64,000 bases of DNA from Elusimicrobiota bacterium (GTDB taxonomy: Bacteria > Elusimicrobiota > Elusimicrobia > F11), in contig JBGAON010000002.1 of assembly GCA_044221725.1 (NCBI GenBank), forward strand, positions 416,001 to 480,000, read 5' to 3'. This document shows, piece after piece, positions 1 through 8,480 of the stretch. The first letter of the stretch is position 1. Every line of letters starts with the position of its first letter. A model generated the notes under the pieces. The model was given only the letters and a program-made list of their open reading frames with translations. It did not search any database and was not told where the DNA came from. The position numbers were made by a program, and so were the translations under genes.

Positions 1-65
1 AGGGTTTTGAAGTTGAAATCAAAAAGCGACTAGAAGAATGGCGCAAAAAAAATCCAGCGAAGTAA
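1..65 (+). CDS. 3' end of an upstream gene (partial), probably replication-associated recombination protein RarA/MgsA
   Basis: The frame from position 3 reads GFEVEIKKRLEEWRKKNPAK-stop (TAA 63-65), resembling the MgsA/RarA C-terminal G.E.EI..RL..W motif. Only 20 codons are visible. Confidence 0.55.
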   Translation, partial: GFEVEIKKRLEEWRKKNPAK

Positions 66-70
66 TCCCA

Positions 71-628
71 GTGGAGGAATCCAAGCGTTGGCTTCGGCGC
101 GCGCTGGTACGTCAACGTCAAGCGATCCCCGAGAAGGAACGCGTGCGGTTGAGCAAGCGAGCGCTTCAATCCTTATTTCGTTCCTCTGATTATAAAAAGG
201 CAAAAGTCGTCGCCTCGTTCGTCAATTTTGGGAGCGAATTGGTCACCGACGGATTAACGCAGCGCGCATGGAAGGATCGCAAAAAGGTTTTGATTCCTGT
301 TACTTCGCATGGATTTCACGATCCTTTTTTTGTTTTGTTCTCAAAAAAAGACCGGTTAAAGAAGACCGCGCATGGCCCATTCGAATTGCACCGGAAGAAG
401 CAACGGGTTCCATTTAATTCCATCGATCTTGTGCTGGTACCGGGACTTGGCTTTGACCAAAAAGGGCGGCGTTTGGGGTATGGCGGAGGCGTGTATGACC
501 GCATTCTCTCGAAGACGCCGCGGGCGAAACATGTGGGGCTTTTTTTCTCAGCCCAAGGCCTATCGGTTCTGCCGCTGGCCGCACACGATCAAACCATGGA
601 TGCTATTGTGACGGAAAATCGCGTATAA
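71..628 (+). CDS. 5-formyltetrahydrofolate cyclo-ligase
   Basis: Motifs DLVLVPGLGFD..G.RLGYGGG.YDR and HD..MD.IVTE. GTG at 71 is preferred because ATG at 38 overlaps the upstream gene. Confidence 0.93.
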   Translation: MEESKRWLRRALVRQRQAIPEKERVRLSKRALQSLFRSSDYKKAKVVASFVNFGSELVTDGLTQRAWKDRKKVLIPVTSHGFHDPFFVLFSKKDRLKKTAHGPFELHRKKQRVPFNSIDLVLVPGLGFDQKGRRLGYGGGVYDRILSKTPRAKHVGLFFSAQGLSVLPLAAHDQTMDAIVTENRV

Positions 629-637
629 TCGGCCGGC

Positions 638-2530
638 ATGGCACTTATTGAAATGATTAAAAATCCAACAGACCTTCGACATTTAAAACCTGAACTCTTG
701 CCCGATGTGGCGAGAGAAATTCGGAAAAAAATTATTGATGTAACTGCGCAGACAGGCGGGCATCTCGGCGCATCGCTCGGTTGCACGGATCTCGCGGTCG
801 CGCTCCATTATGTTTTTGATTCTCCGAACGACAAATTAATTTGGGATACCGGCCATCAAGCCTACGCGCACAAACTTCTTACGGGCCGTTGGGATAAATT
901 CCACACACTTCGTCAGTACGGCGGCATCAGCGGATTTCTCAATCGCAGCGAATCCGAGCACGATGCGTTTGGCGCCGGTCACGCATCAACCGCCATCTCC
1001 GCCGCTCTTGGCTTCGCAGCGGCACGCGATCAGCTGAAACAAAATCACAAAGTTGTGGCGATTGTTAACGATGGATCCATCACGGGCGGCATGGCGTTCG
1101 AAGGACTTCAAAACGCCGGCAATCTCGGATCCGATTTGATCGTTGTGTTGAACGATAACCAGATGTTTATTTCCCATCGCGTCGGCGCTGTGGGCGCATT
1201 CCTCGCCAAATTTTTAACCGGAGATTCCTATACGCGTTTTGAAGATCGCGTTCGTCAATTTCTCACACGACTCCATTTCTGGGGAAGCCATCTTTTGCGC
1301 CTCGCGAAGAGAGTCAAAGTCTTGCTTTTCCCGGGGCTTCTTTTCGAAGAGATGGGGTTCGGTTACCTCGGCCCGATCGACGGTCATGACCTACCTAAGC
1401 TGATCGAAGTGCTGCAAGGCGTAAAGAAAATGAAGGGGCCGGTTCTGCTGCACGTGGTGACAAAAAAAGGCCGCGGTTACGAAAAGGCAGAAAATGATCC
1501 CATCAAATACCACGGTGTCAGTAAATGGAATCCGGAAACCGGAGAGTTGGCCAAAGCGCCGGATGGTCCTCCAACCTACACAAAAGTTTTTGGTCAATCG
1601 CTGTGCAAACTCGCGAAAGAAGACGAGAAAATTGTTGGTATTACGGCGGCCATGCCCGAAGGCACCGGAATGGATTTGTTCCGCGACAAATTTAAGAGCC
1701 GCTATTATGATGTTGGGCTCGGTGAGCAACACGCGGTGACCTTTGCGGGTGGTCTTGCCTGCGGCGGAATTAAACCGGTTGTCGCTATTTATTCAACGTT
1801 CTTGCAGCGCGCGTACGATCAAATCGAGCACGACATTGCGCTCCAAAAGCTTCCGGTCGTTTTCTGCTTGGATCGTGGTGGTTTGGTAGGGGATGACGGC
1901 GCAACGCATCACGGTGTTTTCGATTTATCCTATTTGCGTATGATTCCGAACATGACGGTCATGGCGCCAAAAGACGAGAACGAACTTCAGCATATGCTGA
2001 AAACAGCTTTGAATCATCACACGGGGCCAGTGGCCATTCGCTATCCACGTGGTGCCGGTCTTGGTGTTCCGCTTGAAACCACGTTTCACTTGTTGCCATG
2101 GGGAAAAGGCGAGGTGGTGCGGGAAGGTGCAGATGTTGCGATTCTCGCCATTGGCAATATGGTTCAACCTTCTTTTGCGGCCGCCGAAACTCTTTCAAAA
2201 GAAGGAATCAATGCGAAAGTTATTAATGCGCGCTTTGTGAAGCCCATCGATCGCGCATGGTTGATTGAAACGCTAAAAGGAATTTCGCAAGTGGTGACGG
2301 TCGAAGAAAACGCCATTGCTGGCGGTTTCGGCAGCGCGATTCGAGAAATATTAGAAGGCGAAAATATCGCGGTCACGAGTATTGGAATTCCAGACAAATT
2401 TATCGAACACGGTACGCAGCAGAAGCTGCGGAGTCTCGTAGGTCTTACGGAAGAGAATATCTCGCACACGGTTCGTCAGGTTCACGCCGGCCACCCGGTA
2501 AAATTGCCCACCAACTTCCTTCCAAATTAA
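638..2530 (+). CDS. dxs: 1-deoxy-D-xylulose-5-phosphate synthase
   Basis: GGHLGASLG, WDTGHQAYAHK, GAGHASTAIS, DGSITGG (TPP binding), YSTFLQRAYDQ and DGATHHG motifs; 630 aa. Confidence 0.98.
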   Translation: MALIEMIKNPTDLRHLKPELLPDVAREIRKKIIDVTAQTGGHLGASLGCTDLAVALHYVFDSPNDKLIWDTGHQAYAHKLLTGRWDKFHTLRQYGGISGFLNRSESEHDAFGAGHASTAISAALGFAAARDQLKQNHKVVAIVNDGSITGGMAFEGLQNAGNLGSDLIVVLNDNQMFISHRVGAVGAFLAKFLTGDSYTRFEDRVRQFLTRLHFWGSHLLRLAKRVKVLLFPGLLFEEMGFGYLGPIDGHDLPKLIEVLQGVKKMKGPVLLHVVTKKGRGYEKAENDPIKYHGVSKWNPETGELAKAPDGPPTYTKVFGQSLCKLAKEDEKIVGITAAMPEGTGMDLFRDKFKSRYYDVGLGEQHAVTFAGGLACGGIKPVVAIYSTFLQRAYDQIEHDIALQKLPVVFCLDRGGLVGDDGATHHGVFDLSYLRMIPNMTVMAPKDENELQHMLKTALNHHTGPVAIRYPRGAGLGVPLETTFHLLPWGKGEVVREGADVAILAIGNMVQPSFAAAETLSKEGINAKVINARFVKPIDRAWLIETLKGISQVVTVEENAIAGGFGSAIREILEGENIAVTSIGIPDKFIEHGTQQKLRSLVGLTEENISHTVRQVHAGHPVKLPTNFLPN

Positions 2531-2531
2531 T

Positions 2532-3284
2532 CTGTCCAACAACTTCGAACAGAAATCCAAAAAAGAGCGGCTCGATGTACTGCTTGTTGAATGTGGATTG
2601 GCTGACAGTCGCACGAAAGCCCAAGCGCTAATTCTTGCCGGCCAAGTTCTTGTTGACGGGGAAAAAGTCGACAAAGTTGGACATCTTTTCTCTCGATCAA
2701 CAAAGATTCAGTTGTTAGCGGGTCCGAAATACGTTTCGCGCGGTGGCGAAAAACTCGAAGGAGCGCTCAACGATTTCAATATCGTGGTCTCCGAACTGGT
2801 ATGTCTGGATGTGGGGTCATCCACGGGGGGATTTACTGATTGTTTGCTTCAGCGTGGCGCGGCGCATGTGTACGCGGTGGATGTGGGCAAAGGGCAACTC
2901 GATATGTCTCTCCGCAACGATTCTCGCGTTTCCGTTTTCGAAGAAACTCATGTTCGCAACATAACGCCAAATCTTTTTCGAAAGCCGCCGCAAATGGCCG
3001 TAATCGATGTGTCATTTATTTCGTTGAAAAATGTACTTCCATTCGTGAAAAGCGTGATACTTCCGGGGGCAACGGTTCTTGCGATGGTGAAGCCACAGTT
3101 TGAGGTCGGGGCGAAGTTTCTAAAGAAAGGCGTCGTTCGGTCGGAAGAAATTCAAAAATCAGCGGTTCGGGCCGTGGCAGATTTTGCGGTGAGCATCGGG
3201 TTTGAAGTGCGCGGAGAGTCAGCCGCAGCGATCAAAGGTCCAAAAGGCAATCAAGAATACTTCTTGTGGTTGGTTCGTTATTGA
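2532..3284 (+). CDS. tlyA: TlyA family rRNA (cytidine-2'-O)-methyltransferase
   Basis: S4-like N-terminus KKERLDVLLV, then YVSRGGEKL, DVGSSTGGFTDCLLQ, DVSFISL, KPQFE and GPKGNQEY. The conserved N-terminus lies upstream of the first canonical start (TTG 2598), so the start position is uncertain. Confidence 0.93.
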   Translation: MSNNFEQKSKKERLDVLLVECGLADSRTKAQALILAGQVLVDGEKVDKVGHLFSRSTKIQLLAGPKYVSRGGEKLEGALNDFNIVVSELVCLDVGSSTGGFTDCLLQRGAAHVYAVDVGKGQLDMSLRNDSRVSVFEETHVRNITPNLFRKPPQMAVIDVSFISLKNVLPFVKSVILPGATVLAMVKPQFEVGAKFLKKGVVRSEEIQKSAVRAVADFAVSIGFEVRGESAAAIKGPKGNQEYFLWLVRY

Positions 3285-3904
3285 AGCTTCACAACTTTTC
3301 CGCAGGCTCCGCCTTCCCCGATCGCAAAATACGTGCCCGCCGCGACTCCTGCCCCGTCCCAATGAATATATCCTTGAATGGGAGTAAGATCTTTTTTTAC
3401 GGCCAATCCATTTTTTGTGACCATGTCGACTTTGTGAGAGCAAGGGAAAACGGCTTCGGGGATACCAGGTTTTATCGTACGGATATTGGTCGGTAAATTT
3501 CCAGCGCCGGGCGGAGGGGGTGTGTTAGTTGGACCGCATTCGCTGTCGCAGACAAAAAGGATGGCTGCATCGCTCACTACCTGGCCCGCATTGTTAACGA
3601 CAAGACAATTGAATTCGGCTCCGCTGTCGCCCACCCCCGTGATTGGTGTTGTGTAGGTCGCATTATTTGCTCCGACAATTTCCACGCCGTTTTTGCCCCA
3701 GTGATATTGAAGTGGCTCGGTTCCGGAGGCCACCACGGTAAAAGTTGCTGTCTGACCTTTTTTGACCATCGTGCTAACCGGTTCTTGAACTATTTTTGGA
3801 GCCACATCCGTGGGCTTTGGCGGAGGGCGGGGGCCCGAAAAACAAGTGGAATTGAGGCTTAATCCTAACGCGGCGACATAAATAACGTGAATGGATTTAT
3901 TCAT
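3278..3904 (-). CDS. secreted protein with an immunoglobulin (I-set-like) domain and a short C-terminal beta domain
   Basis: N-terminal hydrophobic signal; APKIVQEP..V..GQTATFTVVASGT.PL.Y.W.KNG..I.GA...TYT...DSGA.F.C.V.N.AG.V.S is a typical bacterial Ig domain. Confidence 0.75.
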   Translation of the reverse strand: MNKSIHVIYVAALGLSLNSTCFSGPRPPPKPTDVAPKIVQEPVSTMVKKGQTATFTVVASGTEPLQYHWGKNGVEIVGANNATYTTPITGVGDSGAEFNCLVVNNAGQVVSDAAILFVCDSECGPTNTPPPPGAGNLPTNIRTIKPGIPEAVFPCSHKVDMVTKNGLAVKKDLTPIQGYIHWDGAGVAAGTYFAIGEGGACGKVVKLQ

Positions 3905-3910
3905 GCATAC

Positions 3911-3925
3911 AGTATAATCGGCCGG
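3911..3925. promoter_or_regulatory. overlapping divergent -10 elements (TATAAT toward leuS, TATACT toward the Ig gene)
   Basis: AGTATAAT gives + strand TATAAT at 3913-3918 and - strand TATACT at 3916-3911, 6 nt before the ATG at 3904. Confidence 0.55.
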
Positions 3926-3966
3926 TTTTAAAATTTCTACCGCTTTGCGGTCATGGAGTTATCTTA

Positions 3967-6432
3967 GTGTCACAGTATTCATTCAAAGAAATCGAGTCGA
4001 AATGGCGCGCTATTTGGGATGAGAACAAGTGTAATGAGGCGCCCCAACCCACCGCCGAGCGACCTCCTTATTATATTTTAGTCATGTTCCCGTACCCGTC
4101 TGGAAATCTGCACATGGGCCACGTCCGGAACTACACGATTGGAGATATATTGGCGCGTTTCCACCGGCGCCGCGGCCGCTCGGTTCTTCATCCGATTGGC
4201 TGGGACTCCTTTGGGCTGCCGGCCGAAAATGCTGCCATAAAACGCAAAGTTGACCCGGCCAAATGGACCTGGGACAACATTGCGGTGATGCGTGAGCAGC
4301 TCAAGACTTTATCGATCTCCTATGATTGGGACCGCGAAATTGCCACCTGTCATCCAGATTATTATCGTTGGAATCAATGGATTTTCATAAAAATGTTAGA
4401 AAGAGGATTGGCTTTCCGAAAGAAGGCTCCGGTCAACTGGTGTGATTCATGCAATACCGTGCTGGCCAATGAACAGGTGCACAACGGACGTTGCTGGCGG
4501 TGCGACAATGTCGTTGTCCAAAAGGAGCTTGAGCAGTGGTTTTTTAAGATCTCGGAATACGCCGACGAATTGCTTTCTGGTCACGAGAAGTTAAAGAAGA
4601 CCTCCTCCCAAAAAGGTTGGCCTGAGCAGGTTTTGACGATGCAGCACAACTGGATTGGGAAATCGTGGGGTGCCAACGCCGATTTCAAAACCGACAAAGG
4701 AACGATTCGTGTTTTCACAACGCGTCCCGACACACTGTTCGGTGCAACCTTTCTTGTATTGGCGCCGGAACATCCCCTTGTGAGTTCGTTAACAGCGATC
4801 GACCGGAAAGCGGCGGTCGAGGCTTACCGTGAATCCACTCGTGGATTAAGCAAAATCGTTCGTACTGCGGAGAATAGAGAAAAAACCGGAGAGTTTACTG
4901 GAAGCTATGCTGAAAACCCTTTTACCGGTGAAAAGGTACCCATATGGATCTCCGATTATGTGCTTACCGATTATGGCACCGGTGCCATTATGGCTGTGCC
5001 GGCGCATGATCAACGCGATTACGATTTTGCTAAGAAATTTGGAATTCCCATTGTGCAGGTCATCAAGCCCGAGTCGGGCGAATCGCCGAGCGACAAAGCT
5101 TTCGAGGCGGACGGCGTACTGATTAACTCCGGTCCCTACAACGGACTGCCCGTAGGCGAAGCACAAAAAAAGATGGCCGCCGATCTCGAAAAGAAGGGTC
5201 TCGGTAAACCGACAATTACTTACAAATTGCGTGATTGGCTGTTGTCACGCCAGCGTTATTGGGGCACGCCCATTCCCGTCATTTATTGTCCGAAAGATGG
5301 CGCTGTCCCAGTGCCCGAAGACAAATTACCGGTTACGTTGCCAACGAACGTGGAATTCACAGGAACCGGAGCGTCTCCATTAACGCAGGTTACCGACTGG
5401 ATCAACGTACCGTGCCCAAAATGCGGCGGTCCGGGAAGGCGAGAAACCGATACCATGGATACGTTCGTTGACTCGAGTTGGTATTACGCGCGCTATACTG
5501 ACGCGCATAACCAGAAACTTCCGTTCGCCAGGGAAAAGGCCGACCAATGGATCCCGGTTCATCAATATGTTGGCGGCGTTGAGCACGCCACCATGCATCT
5601 CATTTATTCGCGATTTTTCCATAAGGTGTTGCGCGACATGGGTATGTTGTCATCGGACGAGCCGTTCAGCTCCTTGTTGACACAGGGGATGGTGACCTTG
5701 GGCGGCAGCGCGATGTCAAAATCAAAAGGCAACGTTGTCGACCCGAACGACGTGATCAACCGGTACGGGACCGACACCTGTCGCATGTTCATTTTGTTCG
5801 CGGCGCCCCCGACTCAGCAGCTCGAATGGTCCGACAAGCAGATCGAGGGAATTTGGCGTTTCTTGAATCGAGTATGGCGGCTGGCACAGATATTCGTCGG
5901 TTCTGAGGAAGAGAAACAACTAAAGCGAAGCGCGGCGGAATCCGACGAAGAAATGGATATTGATGAGCTGGTGCGTCGCGAGCATCAAACGATTCAGCGC
6001 GTGACACGCGACATCGATGAGGATTTCGGTTTCAACACGGCGATCTCCGCCATTATGGAGCTCGTGAATGCGATTTACGTGTACCCAAACTTGGGGGATA
6101 GCGTGTCGCGTGATGCGACGTTAACCGTTATTCAATTGCTGCAACCGTTTGCGCCGCATATTGCCGAAGAGTTGTGGCAGAAATTTGGAAATGAAACGCT
6201 TCTTGTCGAGCAACCCTGGCCGATAGCGGATGCCTCCAAATTGGCGGCGGGGCGCGTTGAGATTGTGGTGCAGGTGAACGGAAAGCTGCGCGAAAAATTG
6301 ACGCTGGGCCTTAATTTAAAAGAAGCAGACGTGACATCACAGGCGCTTCTGTCGCTCGAAAAAAAGGGAATCAAGGTCGCGCCGAAACGCGTTATCTATG
6401 TTCCGAATAAATTGGTAAATTTCGTCGGCTAA
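3967..6432 (+). CDS. leuS: leucine--tRNA ligase
   Basis: MFPYPSG.LHMGH (HIGH motif), FTTRPDT editing domain, RDW..SRQRYWG, AMSKS (KMSKS variant), VVQVNGKLR. GTG start with GGAG upstream. Confidence 0.98.
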   Translation: MSQYSFKEIESKWRAIWDENKCNEAPQPTAERPPYYILVMFPYPSGNLHMGHVRNYTIGDILARFHRRRGRSVLHPIGWDSFGLPAENAAIKRKVDPAKWTWDNIAVMREQLKTLSISYDWDREIATCHPDYYRWNQWIFIKMLERGLAFRKKAPVNWCDSCNTVLANEQVHNGRCWRCDNVVVQKELEQWFFKISEYADELLSGHEKLKKTSSQKGWPEQVLTMQHNWIGKSWGANADFKTDKGTIRVFTTRPDTLFGATFLVLAPEHPLVSSLTAIDRKAAVEAYRESTRGLSKIVRTAENREKTGEFTGSYAENPFTGEKVPIWISDYVLTDYGTGAIMAVPAHDQRDYDFAKKFGIPIVQVIKPESGESPSDKAFEADGVLINSGPYNGLPVGEAQKKMAADLEKKGLGKPTITYKLRDWLLSRQRYWGTPIPVIYCPKDGAVPVPEDKLPVTLPTNVEFTGTGASPLTQVTDWINVPCPKCGGPGRRETDTMDTFVDSSWYYARYTDAHNQKLPFAREKADQWIPVHQYVGGVEHATMHLIYSRFFHKVLRDMGMLSSDEPFSSLLTQGMVTLGGSAMSKSKGNVVDPNDVINRYGTDTCRMFILFAAPPTQQLEWSDKQIEGIWRFLNRVWRLAQIFVGSEEEKQLKRSAAESDEEMDIDELVRREHQTIQRVTRDIDEDFGFNTAISAIMELVNAIYVYPNLGDSVSRDATLTVIQLLQPFAPHIAEELWQKFGNETLLVEQPWPIADASKLAAGRVEIVVQVNGKLREKLTLGLNLKEADVTSQALLSLEKKGIKVAPKRVIYVPNKLVNFVG

Positions 6433-6490
6433 TTTGTCGTCCTGGATAAAAGATCTCCAGGGCGACAACTTCAAAGGAGATCATTACAGA

Positions 6491-7108
6491 ATGAAATCGC
6501 GCAAGGCGTATATCCCGTTTGTTGTTGCCTTTTCTGTTTATTTAACCGGTTGTCAAGGAACACAGTCGGAATACGTCCCACCAGCGATCATTCTCCCGCC
6601 AAGCATCAAAGCGATCTCCGTTCGACCATTCGAAAACGAAACGTCACAAACGGGTATTGGCAATAAATTGTGGCTCGCCACCACCGATGAATTTATTCGC
6701 GACGGCCGTATCGCGTATGTCGACAAAGAGGACAAAGCGGATGGCGTCGTCATCGGAACCATTAAGCAATACCGCGAAACCGAACTCAGTCACGATGCGA
6801 ACCTCGTGCCCCTCGAGTACCAGCTTTGGATTGTGATGGATCTGAAATTCCTTGATAAAAAGAACAACCAATATCTGTGGGAAGAGCCGCTGCTCGAACA
6901 AAAACTGCGCTATTTCACCGAAACACAACCCGGCGGAAAAACACAAGAAGAAGCGCGTGAAGAGCTCTGGGATCGCTTCGCCACGGACATTGTTCGTCGC
7001 ACGGTCGAAGGTTTTGGAACCGTTACCAGTTCTTCGCCACGCGCGGTGCCAAAGGAACAATCGCCGGACAATCCGCCGCCAGCTTACCCGAGCACCGCTC
7101 CTTATTAA
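6491..7108 (+). CDS. lptE: LPS assembly lipoprotein LptE family
   Basis: SD AAGGAG then ATG at 6491, lipobox LTGC, I.V.PFEN.T motif, and the conserved position between leuS and holA. Confidence 0.8.
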   Translation: MKSRKAYIPFVVAFSVYLTGCQGTQSEYVPPAIILPPSIKAISVRPFENETSQTGIGNKLWLATTDEFIRDGRIAYVDKEDKADGVVIGTIKQYRETELSHDANLVPLEYQLWIVMDLKFLDKKNNQYLWEEPLLEQKLRYFTETQPGGKTQEEAREELWDRFATDIVRRTVEGFGTVTSSSPRAVPKEQSPDNPPPAYPSTAPY

Positions 7109-7111
7109 TCC

Positions 7112-8146
7112 GTGCCCGTCATTAAGTCCGATCAGCTCGAATCTTCCATTCGCAGTGGAAAGATCGGAACTCTCTATTTGTTCGATGGACCGGAAAACTG
7201 GCTCAAAGACCGGGCCGTCCAGCAAATAATAAAGAAACTGGTTCCTGACGAGGCAAAAGATTTCAATCTTGAACGCTTCGATGGGAACAGTTGCACCGGC
7301 GCGCAAATTGTAAATGCCGCGCAAAGCCTGCCGTTTCTTGGTGATCGGCGGGTGGTGATCGTTCAAGCGACCGAAGAATTAGCCGTCGCTGATGCGCGTG
7401 CGGTTGCCGAAACACTTTCGAATCTTCCCGAATCGACTTGTTTGGTTTTTCTCAATGATGGGAAAGCCAATATCCGCGATGAAATTCCGGCACAAGTCAC
7501 CTCGATCGGATCCATCGTCACGTTCTGGACTCCGTTCCCAAATCAAATGCCGGCATGGGTCACCAGCGAAGCGAAGTTGCGCGGGAAAACAATCTCCTAC
7601 GAAGCCGCAATGATGGTCGCCGAGCACTGCACGGACCTTCAACAGATAGCAAACGAGCTGGACAAACTTTGTCTCTATGTGGGATCGAAAACCACAATTG
7701 ATGGAACAGACGTCCGGGCCCATGGATTTCCGGATGAGGAAGGCGATACGAAGCAGCTTGAGGAAGCGTTATGGACGCGGAATCTTGGTGAAGCGCTTCT
7801 GCAGGGACGGTTGCTATCCGAGGTTGGCGTGCGGGGAGAATCTATATTTCCGATTTGCGAGCGCGTGTTCCGAACGTTGCTGCTGGCTCACTGTTATCAA
7901 TCAGAAAAGAAAATGGGCTTGGAGCAAATCTACGCGGCATTTAACATGCGCGGAAAAACACAGCAAGCCAATTTCCTGAAAGGATTTAAGTCTTATAAAC
8001 CGGTGGAACTGCGCTCAGCGATCGAAAAAATCCTTCAGGCGGATTTTGATTTGAAGACGGGGCGGCTGCCGAGTGAGATGGCCGTGTCGATTCTGCTGAT
8101 GAATTTATGTGGCCCGTCGGCCAGCGGATTAGCTCTTGCTCGATAA
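7112..8146 (+). CDS. holA: DNA polymerase III subunit delta
   Basis: LYLFDGPE, DFN..FDG, SLPFLGDRRVVIV, NELDKL.LY and D..LKTG motifs; leuS-lptE-holA synteny. Confidence 0.93.
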   Translation: MPVIKSDQLESSIRSGKIGTLYLFDGPENWLKDRAVQQIIKKLVPDEAKDFNLERFDGNSCTGAQIVNAAQSLPFLGDRRVVIVQATEELAVADARAVAETLSNLPESTCLVFLNDGKANIRDEIPAQVTSIGSIVTFWTPFPNQMPAWVTSEAKLRGKTISYEAAMMVAEHCTDLQQIANELDKLCLYVGSKTTIDGTDVRAHGFPDEEGDTKQLEEALWTRNLGEALLQGRLLSEVGVRGESIFPICERVFRTLLLAHCYQSEKKMGLEQIYAAFNMRGKTQQANFLKGFKSYKPVELRSAIEKILQADFDLKTGRLPSEMAVSILLMNLCGPSASGLALAR

Positions 8147-8416
8147 GGCGGCGATCTTCGAGGCGAGGCTTCCAATTTTTCGCGACGCGGCGCTCTTGTT
8201 GAAGATGCCGGTTTTCGCGGCTTTCTGCCAAGCAGATTGAGCAACTTTAAAACTGTTTTTTGCGGCATCAATATTTTTCGCTTCGATGTCTTTCAAAACA
8301 CGAGCGGTGAGGGTGCGGACGCGGCTGCGGACTTGATAGTTAAAGGCTTTGTGAGCCAGAGATTTTCTGTGTGCTTTCAGCGCCGATGCGTGCCGCTTGC
8401 TTTTACCTTTTGCCAT
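8129..8416 (-). CDS. rpsT: 30S ribosomal protein S20
   Basis: SALK..R.S..N...SRVRT, KAAK.GI..K..ASRK motifs; SD AAGGAG; convergent with holA as commonly seen. Confidence 0.93.
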   Translation of the reverse strand: MAKGKSKRHASALKAHRKSLAHKAFNYQVRSRVRTLTARVLKDIEAKNIDAAKNSFKVAQSAWQKAAKTGIFNKSAASRKIGSLASKIAALSSKS

Positions 8417-8450
8417 AAAACGTGAGACTCCTTTAAGTGATAGTTTGAGG

Positions 8451-8480
8451 ATGGTAGCAATGAACTCTCGAGAGAATCAA
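8451..8480 (-). promoter_or_regulatory. putative sigma70 promoter of rpsT
   Basis: Minus strand TTGATT-N18-TACCAT with an extended -10 TG; overlaps the murJ start region. Confidence 0.45.

Noticed and set aside
1..70. 6S RNA, often found upstream of 5-formyl-THF cyclo-ligase
   Set aside because: The visible upstream sequence is the coding 3' end of another gene; there is no room for 6S RNA inside the window.
5707..5730. LeuS AMSKS instead of KMSKS
   Set aside because: The catalytically important second Lys is retained; this is a minor variant.
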